From the NCBI GenBank assembly GCA_003562475.1, contig PWUU01000039.1, positions 89 through 64,088 of the forward strand: a stretch of DNA of 64,000 nt, given 5' to 3'. Source of the DNA: Dehalococcoidia bacterium (GTDB lineage: Bacteria > Chloroflexota > Dehalococcoidia > GIF9 > AB-539-J10). The position numbers and the translations under genes were made by a program. Below are positions 45,109 through 54,538 of this stretch, piece after piece. The notes beneath the pieces are model-generated. The model was not told the DNA's origin. It saw nothing but the letters and a program-made list of their open reading frames with translations, and did no database searches. Every line of letters begins with the position of its first letter. Within the stretch, counting starts at the first letter, position 1.

Positions 45109-46803
45109 ATGAAGAGGACAGGTGCACAGATCATCTGCGAATCCCTGGTAAGGGAGGGGACGGATGTAATCTTCGGCATTTCCGGCGGCACTGTCATTCC
45201 ACTGTACGATGCCTTCTCGGAGTATCCCCAGATTCGCCGGGTGCTGGTACGCCACGAGCAGGCCGCCGCCCACGCCGCTGCGGGCTATGCCCGCTCGAGG
45301 CAGAAGGCAAGCGTGTGTGTTGCAACCTCTGGTCCTGGCGCCACAAACCTCGTGACGGGAATCGCGGACGCCTACATGGATTCGACTCCTATGGTGGTGA
45401 TAACGGGTCAGGTCTCAACCGGGCTGATCGGAAGAGACGCTTTCCAGGAATGCGATATCACCGGCATCACATTGCCCATCATAAAACACAATTACCTGGT
45501 ACACTATGTACGCGACCTCGCTCGCACCATCAAGGAGGCGTTCTACATCGCCCAGACTGGCAGACCCGGTCCGGTGCTGATCGATATCCCCAAGAACGTG
45601 CAACTGGCAACGGACGACTTCCACTACCCGGAGACCGTCGACCTGCCGGGCTATGCACCCGTGTCTGACCCCGACCCATCACAGGTGGCAAATGCAGCAC
45701 AGTTGCTCAACAAGGCCACTCGTCCCGTTATCATCGCAGGAAGGGGAGTGACCATCTCGCAGGCCTACGATGAGCTGAGAGAGCTTGCCGAATCCTTTCA
45801 GGCGCCCGTTGTGCACACACTCCTAGGCCTTGGCTCATTTCCTCCCCGGCACGACCTCAACCTGGGAATGCTGGGACACCACGGCATCGTGGCTGCCAAC
45901 AGGGCTGTGCAGGAGGCCGACCTCATTCTGGCCGTAGGCACACGCTTCGGTGACCGCACAACAATGAGAACACGGGATTTCGCCCGGAGGGCAGTCGTTG
46001 TCCACATCGATATCGACCCCGCCGAGATCGGCAAGAATGTAGCTCCTTTCGCAACAGTTATCGGCGATGCCAGGGCAGTCCTGCGCCAGCTCAACCCCCT
46101 GCTGAAAAGAGCCGAGAGGCCCGGGTGGCTCTTACAGGTGCGAACATGGCGAGATGCACACCCGCTGGTGGCAGCCAACCGGACTTCGAGCCTGTCAGCC
46201 CGCACTGTCATCCGCCAGATATGTCGCTCGGCCGACGAACACACCGTAATCGTCACAGGTGTAGGGCAGCATCAGATGTTCGCCGCGCAGGAGTACGCCT
46301 CACCGAGGGTGAATGGTCTCATTTCTTCCGGGGGACTGGGGACTATGGGCTTTGAATTGCCTGCTGCGATCGGAGTCCAGATGGCGTCACCGCAGGACTC
46401 AGTGTGGGTTGTCGCCGGTGATGGTGGATTCCAGATGACCATGCAGGAGCTCTCAACCGTCGTACAGGAAGGCCTGCCAATTAAGATTGCTGTGATCAGA
46501 AATGGTTACCTTGGCATGGTGAGGCAGTGGCAGGATCTCTTCCAGCAGCACAACTACGTCGATGTCGCGCTTCATGCGCCCGATTTCGTGAAGCTTGCCG
46601 ATGCCTACGGGATCGCGGCAGTTCGCGTCGAGAAGGAAGAGGACCTGGTACCTGCACTCGGCCGCGCGAGTGCTCACCCCGGGCCGTTCCTCATCGATTT
46701 CGCCGTGGACCCCGAGGAGAACGTGTATCCCATGGTCGCGCCGGGAGAGGGCCTGGACTGCATCATAGAAGCTCCCGGCAGGATCACCGCAGTAAAGACG
46801 TAG
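45109..46803 (+). CDS. ilvB: acetolactate synthase, large (catalytic) subunit
   Basis: ThDP enzyme. The N-terminus is G...I...L...G.D..FG..GG, and the ThDP motif is GGLGTMGF...VAGDGGFQM. Confidence 0.9.
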   Translation: MKRTGAQIICESLVREGTDVIFGISGGTVIPLYDAFSEYPQIRRVLVRHEQAAAHAAAGYARSRQKASVCVATSGPGATNLVTGIADAYMDSTPMVVITGQVSTGLIGRDAFQECDITGITLPIIKHNYLVHYVRDLARTIKEAFYIAQTGRPGPVLIDIPKNVQLATDDFHYPETVDLPGYAPVSDPDPSQVANAAQLLNKATRPVIIAGRGVTISQAYDELRELAESFQAPVVHTLLGLGSFPPRHDLNLGMLGHHGIVAANRAVQEADLILAVGTRFGDRTTMRTRDFARRAVVVHIDIDPAEIGKNVAPFATVIGDARAVLRQLNPLLKRAERPGWLLQVRTWRDAHPLVAANRTSSLSARTVIRQICRSADEHTVIVTGVGQHQMFAAQEYASPRVNGLISSGGLGTMGFELPAAIGVQMASPQDSVWVVAGDGGFQMTMQELSTVVQEGLPIKIAVIRNGYLGMVRQWQDLFQQHNYVDVALHAPDFVKLADAYGIAAVRVEKEEDLVPALGRASAHPGPFLIDFAVDPEENVYPMVAPGEGLDCIIEAPGRITAVKT

Positions 46804-46813
46804 GAGAACCTCC

Positions 46814-47314
46814 ATGGAAGACAGATTGCACACCCTCGTCTCGCTGGTACAGGATGAGCCCGGGGTCCTCACAAGGATCGCCGGACTCTTCCGCCGCCGT
46901 GGATTCAATATTGAGAGTCTCTCTGTCGGCCACTGCGAGCAACCGGGACTCTCACGCATGACTATAGTAGTCAAGGGGGGCGATGCTGAGGTCGAGCAGG
47001 TGACGAAGCAGCTCGACAAGCTCATCAACGTAGTAGCCGTGACTGACATTACGCGCCGCGACATGGTGGCAAGGGAACTGGCTCTCATCAAGGTGTCCGC
47101 CGAATCGGACGACCGTAGCGAGATAATGCAGATGGTCGACATATACCGTGCCAAGATCGTTGACGTGGCTTCGGACTCGTTGACGGTCGAGGTTACAGGC
47201 GGAGAAGACAAGATAGACTCGCTGCTTACACTGCTTCGACCCTTCGGAATCACGGAAATGGCTCGTACAGGACGGACCGCCCTCACAAGAGGCAGCCAGT
47301 CCAGCATCAAATAA
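46814..47314 (+). CDS. ilvN: acetolactate synthase, small (regulatory) subunit
   Basis: The ACT domain starts [27 protein letters not shown]. Confidence 0.9.
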   Translation: MEDRLHTLVSLVQDEPGVLTRIAGLFRRRGFNIESLSVGHCEQPGLSRMTIVVKGGDAEVEQVTKQLDKLINVVAVTDITRRDMVARELALIKVSAESDDRSEIMQMVDIYRAKIVDVASDSLTVEVTGGEDKIDSLLTLLRPFGITEMARTGRTALTRGSQSSIK

Positions 47315-47336
47315 GAAGGCTTTGGAGGATTTGAAC

Positions 47337-48329
47337 ATGGCCAGGATCTACTACGACAGCGACGCCAACCTTTCACATCTTAAAGGGAAGCTTACCGGCA
47401 TCATAGGCTACGGCAGCCAGGGGCATGCGCATGCGCAGAACCTGAGAGACAGCGGATGTGACGTGGTGGTTGCCAGCAAGCCCGGCGGTGTCGGCTGGAA
47501 GGCAGCCGAGGCCGACGGGTTCACGGTTATGACCGTGGCGGATGTTACAAAGAAGGCCGACGTACTCACTCTCCTGGCGCCCGATAACCAGCATGCCGCA
47601 ATATACTCGGAATCCATCGAGCCTCACCTGACTGCAGGTAAGACCCTCATGTTCGCTCATGGGTTCAACATTCACTACTCCCAGATCGTGCCACCCGGGG
47701 ACGTCGACGTCAGTATGGTGGCCCCAAAGTGTCCCGGACACATGCTGCGCACTATCTACACGGAGAACGCCGGGCCTCCGGCCATCATGGCCGTATACCA
47801 GGACGTCTCGGGCAACGCGAAGGAGGTGGCCCTGGCATACGCCAGGGGACTTGGGTGTACACGTGCAGGAGTCATCGAGACAACGTTTGCTGAGGAGACG
47901 GAAACGGACCTCTTTGGCGAACAGGCCGTGCTCTGTGGAGGAGTGACGGCTTTGATTAAGGCAGGCTTCGACACGCTTGTCGAGGCTGGTTACCAGCCCG
48001 AAATCGCCTACTTCGAGTGCCTCAATGAACTGAAACTGATCGTCGACCTTATCTACCAGGGTGGGCTGAAATACATGCGCTATTCGGTAAGCGACATTGC
48101 CGAGTTTGGCGACTACACCCGCGGGCCGCGGGTCATTGACGATTCCGTCCGCGAGGAGATGCGCAATATCCTCGGTGAGGTCAAGAATGGCATCTTTGCA
48201 CTCGAATGGGTCCTCGAGAACCAGGCTGGTCGACCACACTTCACCGCGATGAAACGAAACGAACAGCAGGAGCTCATCGAAGTTGTTGGTGAGCAACTGA
48301 GAGGAATGATGCCATGGACGAAGAAGTAG
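47337..48329 (+). CDS. ilvC: ketol-acid reductoisomerase
   Basis: ATG at 47337 after GGAGGA. Contains [17 protein letters not shown]. Confidence 0.9.
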   Translation: MARIYYDSDANLSHLKGKLTGIIGYGSQGHAHAQNLRDSGCDVVVASKPGGVGWKAAEADGFTVMTVADVTKKADVLTLLAPDNQHAAIYSESIEPHLTAGKTLMFAHGFNIHYSQIVPPGDVDVSMVAPKCPGHMLRTIYTENAGPPAIMAVYQDVSGNAKEVALAYARGLGCTRAGVIETTFAEETETDLFGEQAVLCGGVTALIKAGFDTLVEAGYQPEIAYFECLNELKLIVDLIYQGGLKYMRYSVSDIAEFGDYTRGPRVIDDSVREEMRNILGEVKNGIFALEWVLENQAGRPHFTAMKRNEQQELIEVVGEQLRGMMPWTKK

Positions 48330-49951
48330 ACATTACGAAGGACGACTACGCGTCGTCTGATGTGCATTCGACAGCAGCCGCAAGTGATACGGTACTGATC
48401 TTCGATACATCGCTGAGAGACGGCGAGCAGGCCGCAGGCACGAGTCTCACCTCGGGAGAAAAGCTCTCCATAGCCCGGCAACTCGACAGGCTTGGTATCG
48501 ACATCATCGAGGCCGGTTTCCCCGTCAGTTCGCCTGGTGACTTCGAAGCTGTGCAGCTTATCGCAAGGGAAGTCAGACGCCCCATCATATGCGGACTGGC
48601 CCATTGCAGACCTGCCGCGATCGACAGGGCGTGGGAGGCTCTCCAGGATGCGGCGCGCCCGCGCATCCACGTGTTTCTCTCCGCCTCCGACATCCAGCTC
48701 GCACACATGCTCAAGAAGAGCCGTCTCGAGGCCCTGGAGATGGCCCGCGAGATGGTCGCCAGGGCGAAGAGCTACACGCACGATGTTGAGTTCTCTCCAA
48801 TGGATGCCACGCGCGCCGAGCCCGACTTCCTGTATCTGTTGCTTGAGGCGGTTATTGACGCCGGAGCAGTCACCGTGAACATCGCCGATACCGTTGGCTA
48901 CAGCATGGTGCACGATTTCGGCAATCTCTTAGAGGGCATCCTGTCAGACGTGCCGAACATTCGCCAGGCATGCCTCAGCGTGCACTGCCACGACGACCTC
49001 GGACTCGCGGTTGCAAACAGCCTTGAGGCAGTGCGACGTGGCGCCCGCCAGGTGGAATGCACCATCAACGGCATTGGCGAACGCGCCGGGAACGCCGCGC
49101 TCGAAGAAGTCGTCATGGCGCTGCATACGCGTCGGGACGTGTTCGGGCTCAGGACCAACGTCGATACCACTCAGCTCTATAAGACGAGCAGGATAGTGAG
49201 CGACCTCACAGGATTCGTGGTACAGTCGAACAAGGCAATCGTGGGAGCGAACGCGTTCCGTCACCAATCGGGCATTCACCAGGATGGAATGGTCAAAGAG
49301 TCAACTACCTACGAGATCATGGATCCTCGCTCCGTTGGCATTCCGGCCAGCAGCCTCGTGCTCGGCAAGCTCAGCGGCAAACACGCCTTCCGGGAGCGCC
49401 TGGCCGAGCTGGGCTTCTCGCTGAGTGATGAAGCTTTGGCCCACGCGTTCCGTGCGTTCAAGGATCTCGCAGACAAGAAACGAGAGATTGCTGACCGCGA
49501 TCTTGTGTCGCTCGTCGGCGAGGAGCTGCGTCAGGAAACTCAGGTGTACAAACTGGATCATGTGGATGTATCCTGCGGCGACCATAGCCTCCATTCGGCA
49601 GCGGTTCGACTCATCGGCCCGGATGGGCAGGCCCTTGAGGACGCTGCACTGGGGACAGGACCGGTTGATGCGGTCTACCAGGTCATTAACCGCATCATAG
49701 GTATCCCTAATTCTCTGGTCGAATTCACGATCAACGCGAACACTGAGGGCTTCGACGCAATAGGAGAGGTGTTGATTCGAATTGAGAGTGAGGGCCGTCT
49801 CTACACCGGACGGGGCGCATCAACCGATATCGTCGTAGCCAGTGCAAAGGCTTATATGAACGCGCTCAACCGACTCATTATCTTCCACCGGGGTGCGGCA
49901 GAACAAGGCGCCCTCTACAACGCCACCCAGGGCATTCACGAGGCAGCGTGA
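48314..49951 (+). CDS. leuA: 2-isopropylmalate synthase
   Basis: Contains [11 protein letters not shown] and H.H.D.G...AN. The C-terminal LeuA dimerisation/regulatory domain is present. The gene overlaps the ilvC end by 16 nt. Confidence 0.9.
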   Translation: MDEEVDITKDDYASSDVHSTAAASDTVLIFDTSLRDGEQAAGTSLTSGEKLSIARQLDRLGIDIIEAGFPVSSPGDFEAVQLIAREVRRPIICGLAHCRPAAIDRAWEALQDAARPRIHVFLSASDIQLAHMLKKSRLEALEMAREMVARAKSYTHDVEFSPMDATRAEPDFLYLLLEAVIDAGAVTVNIADTVGYSMVHDFGNLLEGILSDVPNIRQACLSVHCHDDLGLAVANSLEAVRRGARQVECTINGIGERAGNAALEEVVMALHTRRDVFGLRTNVDTTQLYKTSRIVSDLTGFVVQSNKAIVGANAFRHQSGIHQDGMVKESTTYEIMDPRSVGIPASSLVLGKLSGKHAFRERLAELGFSLSDEALAHAFRAFKDLADKKREIADRDLVSLVGEELRQETQVYKLDHVDVSCGDHSLHSAAVRLIGPDGQALEDAALGTGPVDAVYQVINRIIGIPNSLVEFTINANTEGFDAIGEVLIRIESEGRLYTGRGASTDIVVASAKAYMNALNRLIIFHRGAAEQGALYNATQGIHEAA

Positions 49952-51246
49952 TGTCGACCATCACAGAGAAGATTATTGCGGCACACTCCGGGCGAGACGC
50001 CATCTCCCCTGGAGAGTTTGCCAATGTCTCGGTCGACATGGTGCTCGCCAATGACATCACAGGACCGCTCGCCATCACGGAATTCCGTAAGCTGGGCGTC
50101 ACACACGTCTTCAACCCGGCACGAATCGTGATGGTCCCCGATCACTTCATACCTAACAAGGACATCGCCTCGGCCATTCAGGCCAGGGAACTACGCGACT
50201 TCGCCCGCGAACAGAGCGTGCTGTACTACGAGACAGGAAGAGGAGGTATCGAGCACGTCCTTCTGCCCGAAGAGGGCCTTGTTGGGCCTGGACAGGTCAT
50301 CATAGGAGCTGACTCTCACACCTGCACGTACGGCGCGCTGGGAGCTTTCGCCACAGGAATGGGGTCTACCGACATTGCAGCAGCAATGGCCACGGGCGAC
50401 ATCTGGATGAAGGTTCCTCCTACCATCAAGTTCGTTCTTCACGGACATCTCCAGCCCTGGGTCGGCGGCAAGGATCTCATTCTGCACATTATTGGCGACA
50501 TCGGTATCGACGGTGCCTTGTACACTGCCATGGAGTTCCATGGAGAGGCTATCAATAGCCTCGACATGGATGGACGCTTCACCATGACGAACATGGCAAT
50601 AGAGGCCGGTGCCAAGGCGGGCATCTGCCCCGTGGACGCAACCGTACAAGAATACATCGCCGCACATCCACCCCGCAGTGGCACCGCTCCTCACAAAGTA
50701 CATGCAACAGATTCCGATGCGGACTACTACCGAATCATCGAGTACGACGCGTCCAGCATCCAGCCTATCGTGGCCTTTCCACACCTGCCGTCAAACATTA
50801 AGCCGGCGAGCGAGGCAGGCGACGTGCCGATTGACCAGGTAGTGATCGGCAGTTGCACCAACGGACGATTGAGTGACCTCAGGGTCGCCGCCCAGGTCTT
50901 GAGGGGCCATCGTATACACCAATCACTGCGGTGCATTGTGATCCCGGGCACTCAACGCATCTATCGCCAGGCCATGGAGGAGGGGCTGGTGCACGTGTTT
51001 ATCGACGCAGGAGCTGTCGTCAGCACACCAACTTGCGGCCCGTGCCTTGGAGGCTACATGGGGATTCTCGCGCCCGGAGAACGCTGCCTCTCAACCACCA
51101 ACCGGAACTTCGTCGGCCGGATGGGCAGTCCACAATCCGAGGTATATCTTGCCGGGCCAGCCGTTGCCGCCGCTACTGCGATTACCGGACGCGTTACCAG
51201 TCCGGTCGAGGTGGCCGGTCGCCCAACAAAGGGGACGTCATGGTAG
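49951..51246 (+). CDS. leuC: 3-isopropylmalate dehydratase large subunit
   Basis: The ATG overlaps the leuA TGA by 1 nt. Aconitase-family Cys ligands are present (GADSHT...GSCTNGR...CG.C.G). Confidence 0.9.
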   Translation: MSTITEKIIAAHSGRDAISPGEFANVSVDMVLANDITGPLAITEFRKLGVTHVFNPARIVMVPDHFIPNKDIASAIQARELRDFAREQSVLYYETGRGGIEHVLLPEEGLVGPGQVIIGADSHTCTYGALGAFATGMGSTDIAAAMATGDIWMKVPPTIKFVLHGHLQPWVGGKDLILHIIGDIGIDGALYTAMEFHGEAINSLDMDGRFTMTNMAIEAGAKAGICPVDATVQEYIAAHPPRSGTAPHKVHATDSDADYYRIIEYDASSIQPIVAFPHLPSNIKPASEAGDVPIDQVVIGSCTNGRLSDLRVAAQVLRGHRIHQSLRCIVIPGTQRIYRQAMEEGLVHVFIDAGAVVSTPTCGPCLGGYMGILAPGERCLSTTNRNFVGRMGSPQSEVYLAGPAVAAATAITGRVTSPVEVAGRPTKGTSW

Positions 51247-51737
51247 TGCTACGCGGCAGGGTACACCCTTACGGCGCGGATGTGGACACCGACGCCATCA
51301 TCCCTGCCAGATATCTCAATGTGTCAGAACCTGCGCTTCTGGCCGAGCACTGTATGGAGGATATTGACCCCGGCTTCCGGAGCCGCGTTTCGGCAGGAGA
51401 CATCATTGTGGCAACCGCCAACTTCGGCTGCGGTTCGTCCCGAGAGCATGCCCCCATCGCCCTCAAGGCATGCGGCATATCTTGCGTCATTGCTCATAGC
51501 TTCGCGCGAATCTTTTTCCGTAATTCCCTCAATATCGGCCTGCCGCTGCTCGAGTGTGCCGAAGCTGTCGATTCCTGTACACCCAACGATACACTGGAAG
51601 TGGACCTCATTGGCGGCAGGGTCACCAACATATCAAGAGACCTCACATTCACCGCTAAGCCGTACCCGGAATTCATGATGGGTATCATCAATTCGGGAGG
51701 GCTCATAGCGTATACCAGGCGCAGACTGGAGGAATAG
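51240..51737 (+). CDS. leuD: 3-isopropylmalate dehydratase small subunit
   Basis: ATG at 51240, a 7-nt overlap with leuC. Contains DVDTD.IIPA.YL and [12 protein letters not shown]. Confidence 0.9.
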   Translation: MVVLRGRVHPYGADVDTDAIIPARYLNVSEPALLAEHCMEDIDPGFRSRVSAGDIIVATANFGCGSSREHAPIALKACGISCVIAHSFARIFFRNSLNIGLPLLECAEAVDSCTPNDTLEVDLIGGRVTNISRDLTFTAKPYPEFMMGIINSGGLIAYTRRRLEE

Positions 51738-51741
51738 ACTC

Positions 51742-52839
51742 ATGGGTTACAGGATAGCAGTACTTCGCGGCGATGGCATCGGCCCGGAGGTAACGGCTGA
51801 GGCACAGAAGGTCCTGGAGGCAGTTGCCGGCCGTTTTCAGCACGGTCTCCACTTCGAGGAAGCACCGGTTGGGGGGGCAGCACTCGACACGATGGGCACC
51901 CCTATGGCGGACGAGACTCTTACACTATGTCAGGGTTCCGACGCGATTCTGCTCGGTGCGGTCGGTGGCCCGAAGTGGGACGATGCCAGGACTGATCTGC
52001 GGCCGGAACAGGCACTGTTCCGGCTGCGCAAGGAACTCAACCTCTTCGCCAATATCAGGCCCGTCATGTCCTACCCGATGCTGGTCGACAAGAGTCCATT
52101 GCGGCCCGAGATTGTGACAGGCGCGGACATCATCTTCGTCCGAGAACTTACCGGCGGGCTGTACTTCGGTCAGCCCAAGAAACGCTGGGAGACCCCGCAG
52201 GGCAGGCGTGCGGTGGACTCGGAGGAGTACTCCGAGCACGAGATCGCGAGAGTGGTGCGCGTGGCGTGCGAACTGGCCAGGAATCGGCGCCGCATGGTTG
52301 TCTCGGTAGACAAGTTCAATGCGCTGATCTCTTCACGACTGTGGCGCCAGGTGGCAACCGAGGTAGCGGAGGAATACCCCGACGTCGACCTGTCCCACAT
52401 GCTGGCCGACACCTTTTCAATGCAACTCATTATGAATCCCACTCGGTTCGATGTTGTTGTCACAACCAACATGTTTGGAGATATCTTCACTGATGAGGCT
52501 GCGGTGCTCGCAGGTTCAATGGGCTTATTGCCTTCGGCCAGTCTGTCCGGACTCCCGACGGGAAGGACACTCGGACTGTATGAACCGATCCATGGCTCCG
52601 CTCCCGACATTGCCGGGGAGGGGATTGCCAATCCCCTTGCTGCCATACTCAGTGCAGCCTTGCTTCTGAGATACTCGCTTGACCTCGAATTCGAGGCGCA
52701 GGCTATCGAAGTCGCAGTCACTTCAGTCCTGGAGGATGGCTACAGAACAAGCGATATCTACTCCGAGGGCACGAAAAGGGTGACCACCCAGGAGATGGGG
52801 GACCTCATCGTCGCAAAGATTCGTGCGGCGAAGGGTTGA
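51742..52839 (+). CDS. leuB: 3-isopropylmalate dehydrogenase
   Basis: Contains I.VL.GDGIGPEV, NLFANIRP and NMFGDI.TDEA. Confidence 0.9.
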   Translation: MGYRIAVLRGDGIGPEVTAEAQKVLEAVAGRFQHGLHFEEAPVGGAALDTMGTPMADETLTLCQGSDAILLGAVGGPKWDDARTDLRPEQALFRLRKELNLFANIRPVMSYPMLVDKSPLRPEIVTGADIIFVRELTGGLYFGQPKKRWETPQGRRAVDSEEYSEHEIARVVRVACELARNRRRMVVSVDKFNALISSRLWRQVATEVAEEYPDVDLSHMLADTFSMQLIMNPTRFDVVVTTNMFGDIFTDEAAVLAGSMGLLPSASLSGLPTGRTLGLYEPIHGSAPDIAGEGIANPLAAILSAALLLRYSLDLEFEAQAIEVAVTSVLEDGYRTSDIYSEGTKRVTTQEMGDLIVAKIRAAKG

Positions 52840-52864
52840 CACTGTGTAGCGGTGTTTCTACAAT
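52836..52864 (+). promoter_or_regulatory. putative sigma70-type promoter (TTGACA - 17 nt - TACAAT)
   Basis: Near-consensus hexamers at 52836-52841 (overlapping the leuB TGA) and 52859-52864. Confidence 0.5.
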
Positions 52865-52890
52865 GTACTCCACACAAACGAGAGTTCGGG

Positions 52891-52992
52891 ATGAAGACTC
52901 CAGCCGTGCCTGCGACAACCCCGGTGGTAGCAGTGGTGCTTATCGTGCGCACCGAGAGTGCGCACGGGAGGATTCTTCGACCGGTAGAGTAG
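52891..52992 (+). CDS. ilvE leader peptide (33 aa, Val/Leu/Ile-rich)
   Basis: Translates to MKTPAVPATTPVVAVVLIVRTESAHGRILRPVE, with the run VVAVVLIV at positions 12-19. It is followed by a 9-bp hairpin, an antiterminator segment and a terminator. Confidence 0.6.
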   Translation: MKTPAVPATTPVVAVVLIVRTESAHGRILRPVE

Positions 52993-53020
52993 GCGGAGAT
53001 AGTAAGTCCACAGGAAAGAG

Positions 53021-53055
53021 AAGAAGCCTCCCGAAGGGGAGGCTTCTTCTTGTAT
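53021..53055 (+). terminator. intrinsic terminator (attenuator) upstream of ilvE
   Basis: AAGAAGCCTCCC-GAAG-GGGAGGCTTCTT, a 12-bp stem followed by CTTGTATT. Confidence 0.65.
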
Positions 53056-53186
53056 TCCCGGCTCGTAGCGAAAGGAGGACAACGAGAGTACACGACCATG
53101 GTGCAACTCACGTCTTCTGGCAGTTTGCAGCGCTACAGAAATAGAGAGAGCTTTCGCTCATAAGTACGGATAGGAGGAATGCAACA

Positions 53187-54110
53187 TTGGAACCACAGCC
53201 TTACGCATTTTTTCAAGGACAGTATATGCCCCTCAAGGATGCCAAGATCGGGATTCTCACCCAGGCGCTGCACTACGGCACGGCATGTTTCGGTGGGATT
53301 CGCGCTAACTGGGATGCCGAGAACGAGCAGTTCTGCCTGTTCCGGCTCAAGGACCACTATCGACGCCAGCTTGACGCCTGCAAGATCCTGAATATCTCCC
53401 TCCCCTATGACGAGCACAAGATGGCTGAGTTCACCGTGGAGACTCTGCGGCGGTCCGGATTCAGGGAGAACCTCTACTGCAGACCGCTTGCGTACAAGTC
53501 ATCCGAGGCCATCGGCGTGAAGCTGCACGACCTTGAGGACGATTTCTTCGTCATAGTCACTCCCCTCCCGCCATATCTCGGTACTGGCGGCATCAGGTGC
53601 TGTATGTCTTCGTGGCGGCGCGTGAGCGACAGCCAGATATCCCCACGAGGGAAGATCACGGGCATCTATGTGAACAGCGCCCTTGCGAAGACCGATGCCA
53701 ACCGGGCCGGTTTCGACGAGGCCATCATGCTTAACGAGAAAGGACATGTCTCCGAAGGCACCGGAGAAAACATCTTCGTCGTCATCAAGGGGAACCTCAT
53801 CACCCCGCCACCATACGACAGCATTCTCCTGGGTATCACGAGAGATACGGTGATGCAACTGGCTGAGAACGAGCTGGGCATTCCAACAGTGGAGCGAAGT
53901 ATCGACAGAAGTGAACTCTACGTGGCCGACGAGGCTTTCTTCACCGGCACGGCAACCAACGTGGCGCCCATCGTCTCCATCGATTACAGAACCATCGGCA
54001 ACGGTGAAACGGGTCCAATCACCGCCAGGCTTCAGGAGCTGTTCAACCAGGTTGCGTTCGGCAGAAACCCCAAGTACTCCGAGTGGTACACAATCGTCAG
54101 GTACGACTAG
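53187..54110 (+). CDS. ilvE: branched-chain amino acid aminotransferase
   Basis: TTG start 9 nt after AGGAGG. Class IV aminotransferase motifs are present (EG.GENIF.V, P....ILLGITRD, E.F.TGTA). Confidence 0.9.
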   Translation: MEPQPYAFFQGQYMPLKDAKIGILTQALHYGTACFGGIRANWDAENEQFCLFRLKDHYRRQLDACKILNISLPYDEHKMAEFTVETLRRSGFRENLYCRPLAYKSSEAIGVKLHDLEDDFFVIVTPLPPYLGTGGIRCCMSSWRRVSDSQISPRGKITGIYVNSALAKTDANRAGFDEAIMLNEKGHVSEGTGENIFVVIKGNLITPPPYDSILLGITRDTVMQLAENELGIPTVERSIDRSELYVADEAFFTGTATNVAPIVSIDYRTIGNGETGPITARLQELFNQVAFGRNPKYSEWYTIVRYD

Positions 54111-54259
54111 TGTCGCGAGCAATCAGCGCTTGCACCTTCGCCCCGATAGAATAGCCGGGACGAAGAGCATTATGTTGCTATGCGAGACCCCATTGCTATT
54201 TCAGCTGACCGGGTCATGCGTGAGCGCCAGAAGATCAACACAGCAATGATGATGCGCAG

Positions 54260-54538
54260 TTATTCCGATCGGCTCACGCCAATCACGTTCGCCCGCTTCA
54301 TGAGCCGGGACTTGAGCCGTGCTGTCTTGTTCTTGTGAAATAATCCCTTGGTGGCCGCGCGGTCCAGGGTGGACACAGCGCGGATGGTTGCCGCCTGCGA
54401 CTGCTCCGGGTCGCCAGACGCCATTGACTTCTTTGCCTGCTTAAGAATCGTGCGCGTTCGTCCCCTTAGGTAACGATTATGCTGCCGCCTTCTCTCTTGC
54501 ACCCTGGCAGCCTTACTTACTGACCTGCTCCCTGACAA
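54260..54538 (-). CDS. rpsT: 30S ribosomal protein S20
   Basis: A basic 92-aa protein. SKAARVQERRRQHNRYLRGRTRTILKQAKK...A...LD.A..KG..HKN.A.R.KSRL fits S20. The TTG start overlaps the relA 3' end. Confidence 0.85.
   Translation of the reverse strand: MSGSRSVSKAARVQERRRQHNRYLRGRTRTILKQAKKSMASGDPEQSQAATIRAVSTLDRAATKGLFHKNKTARLKSRLMKRANVIGVSRSE

Noticed and set aside
52918-52935. A T-box riboswitch upstream of ilvE, suggested by the CCGGTGGTAGCAGTGG resemblance to the GGGTGGTACCGCG T-box sequence.
   Set aside because: The motif lies about 100 nt upstream of the terminator rather than overlapping its 5' arm. No specifier-loop or stem I features were found. The stretch is better explained as the Val codon run (CCG GTG GTA GCA GTG GTG) of the leader peptide.
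53088-53163. A 21-codon ORF (MVQLTSSGSLQRYRNRESFRS) between the ilvE attenuator terminator and the ilvE start.
   Set aside because: The nearest SD-like sequence (AAAGGAGG) is about 17 nt upstream, which is too far. The composition shows no regulatory codon bias, so it is probably fortuitous.
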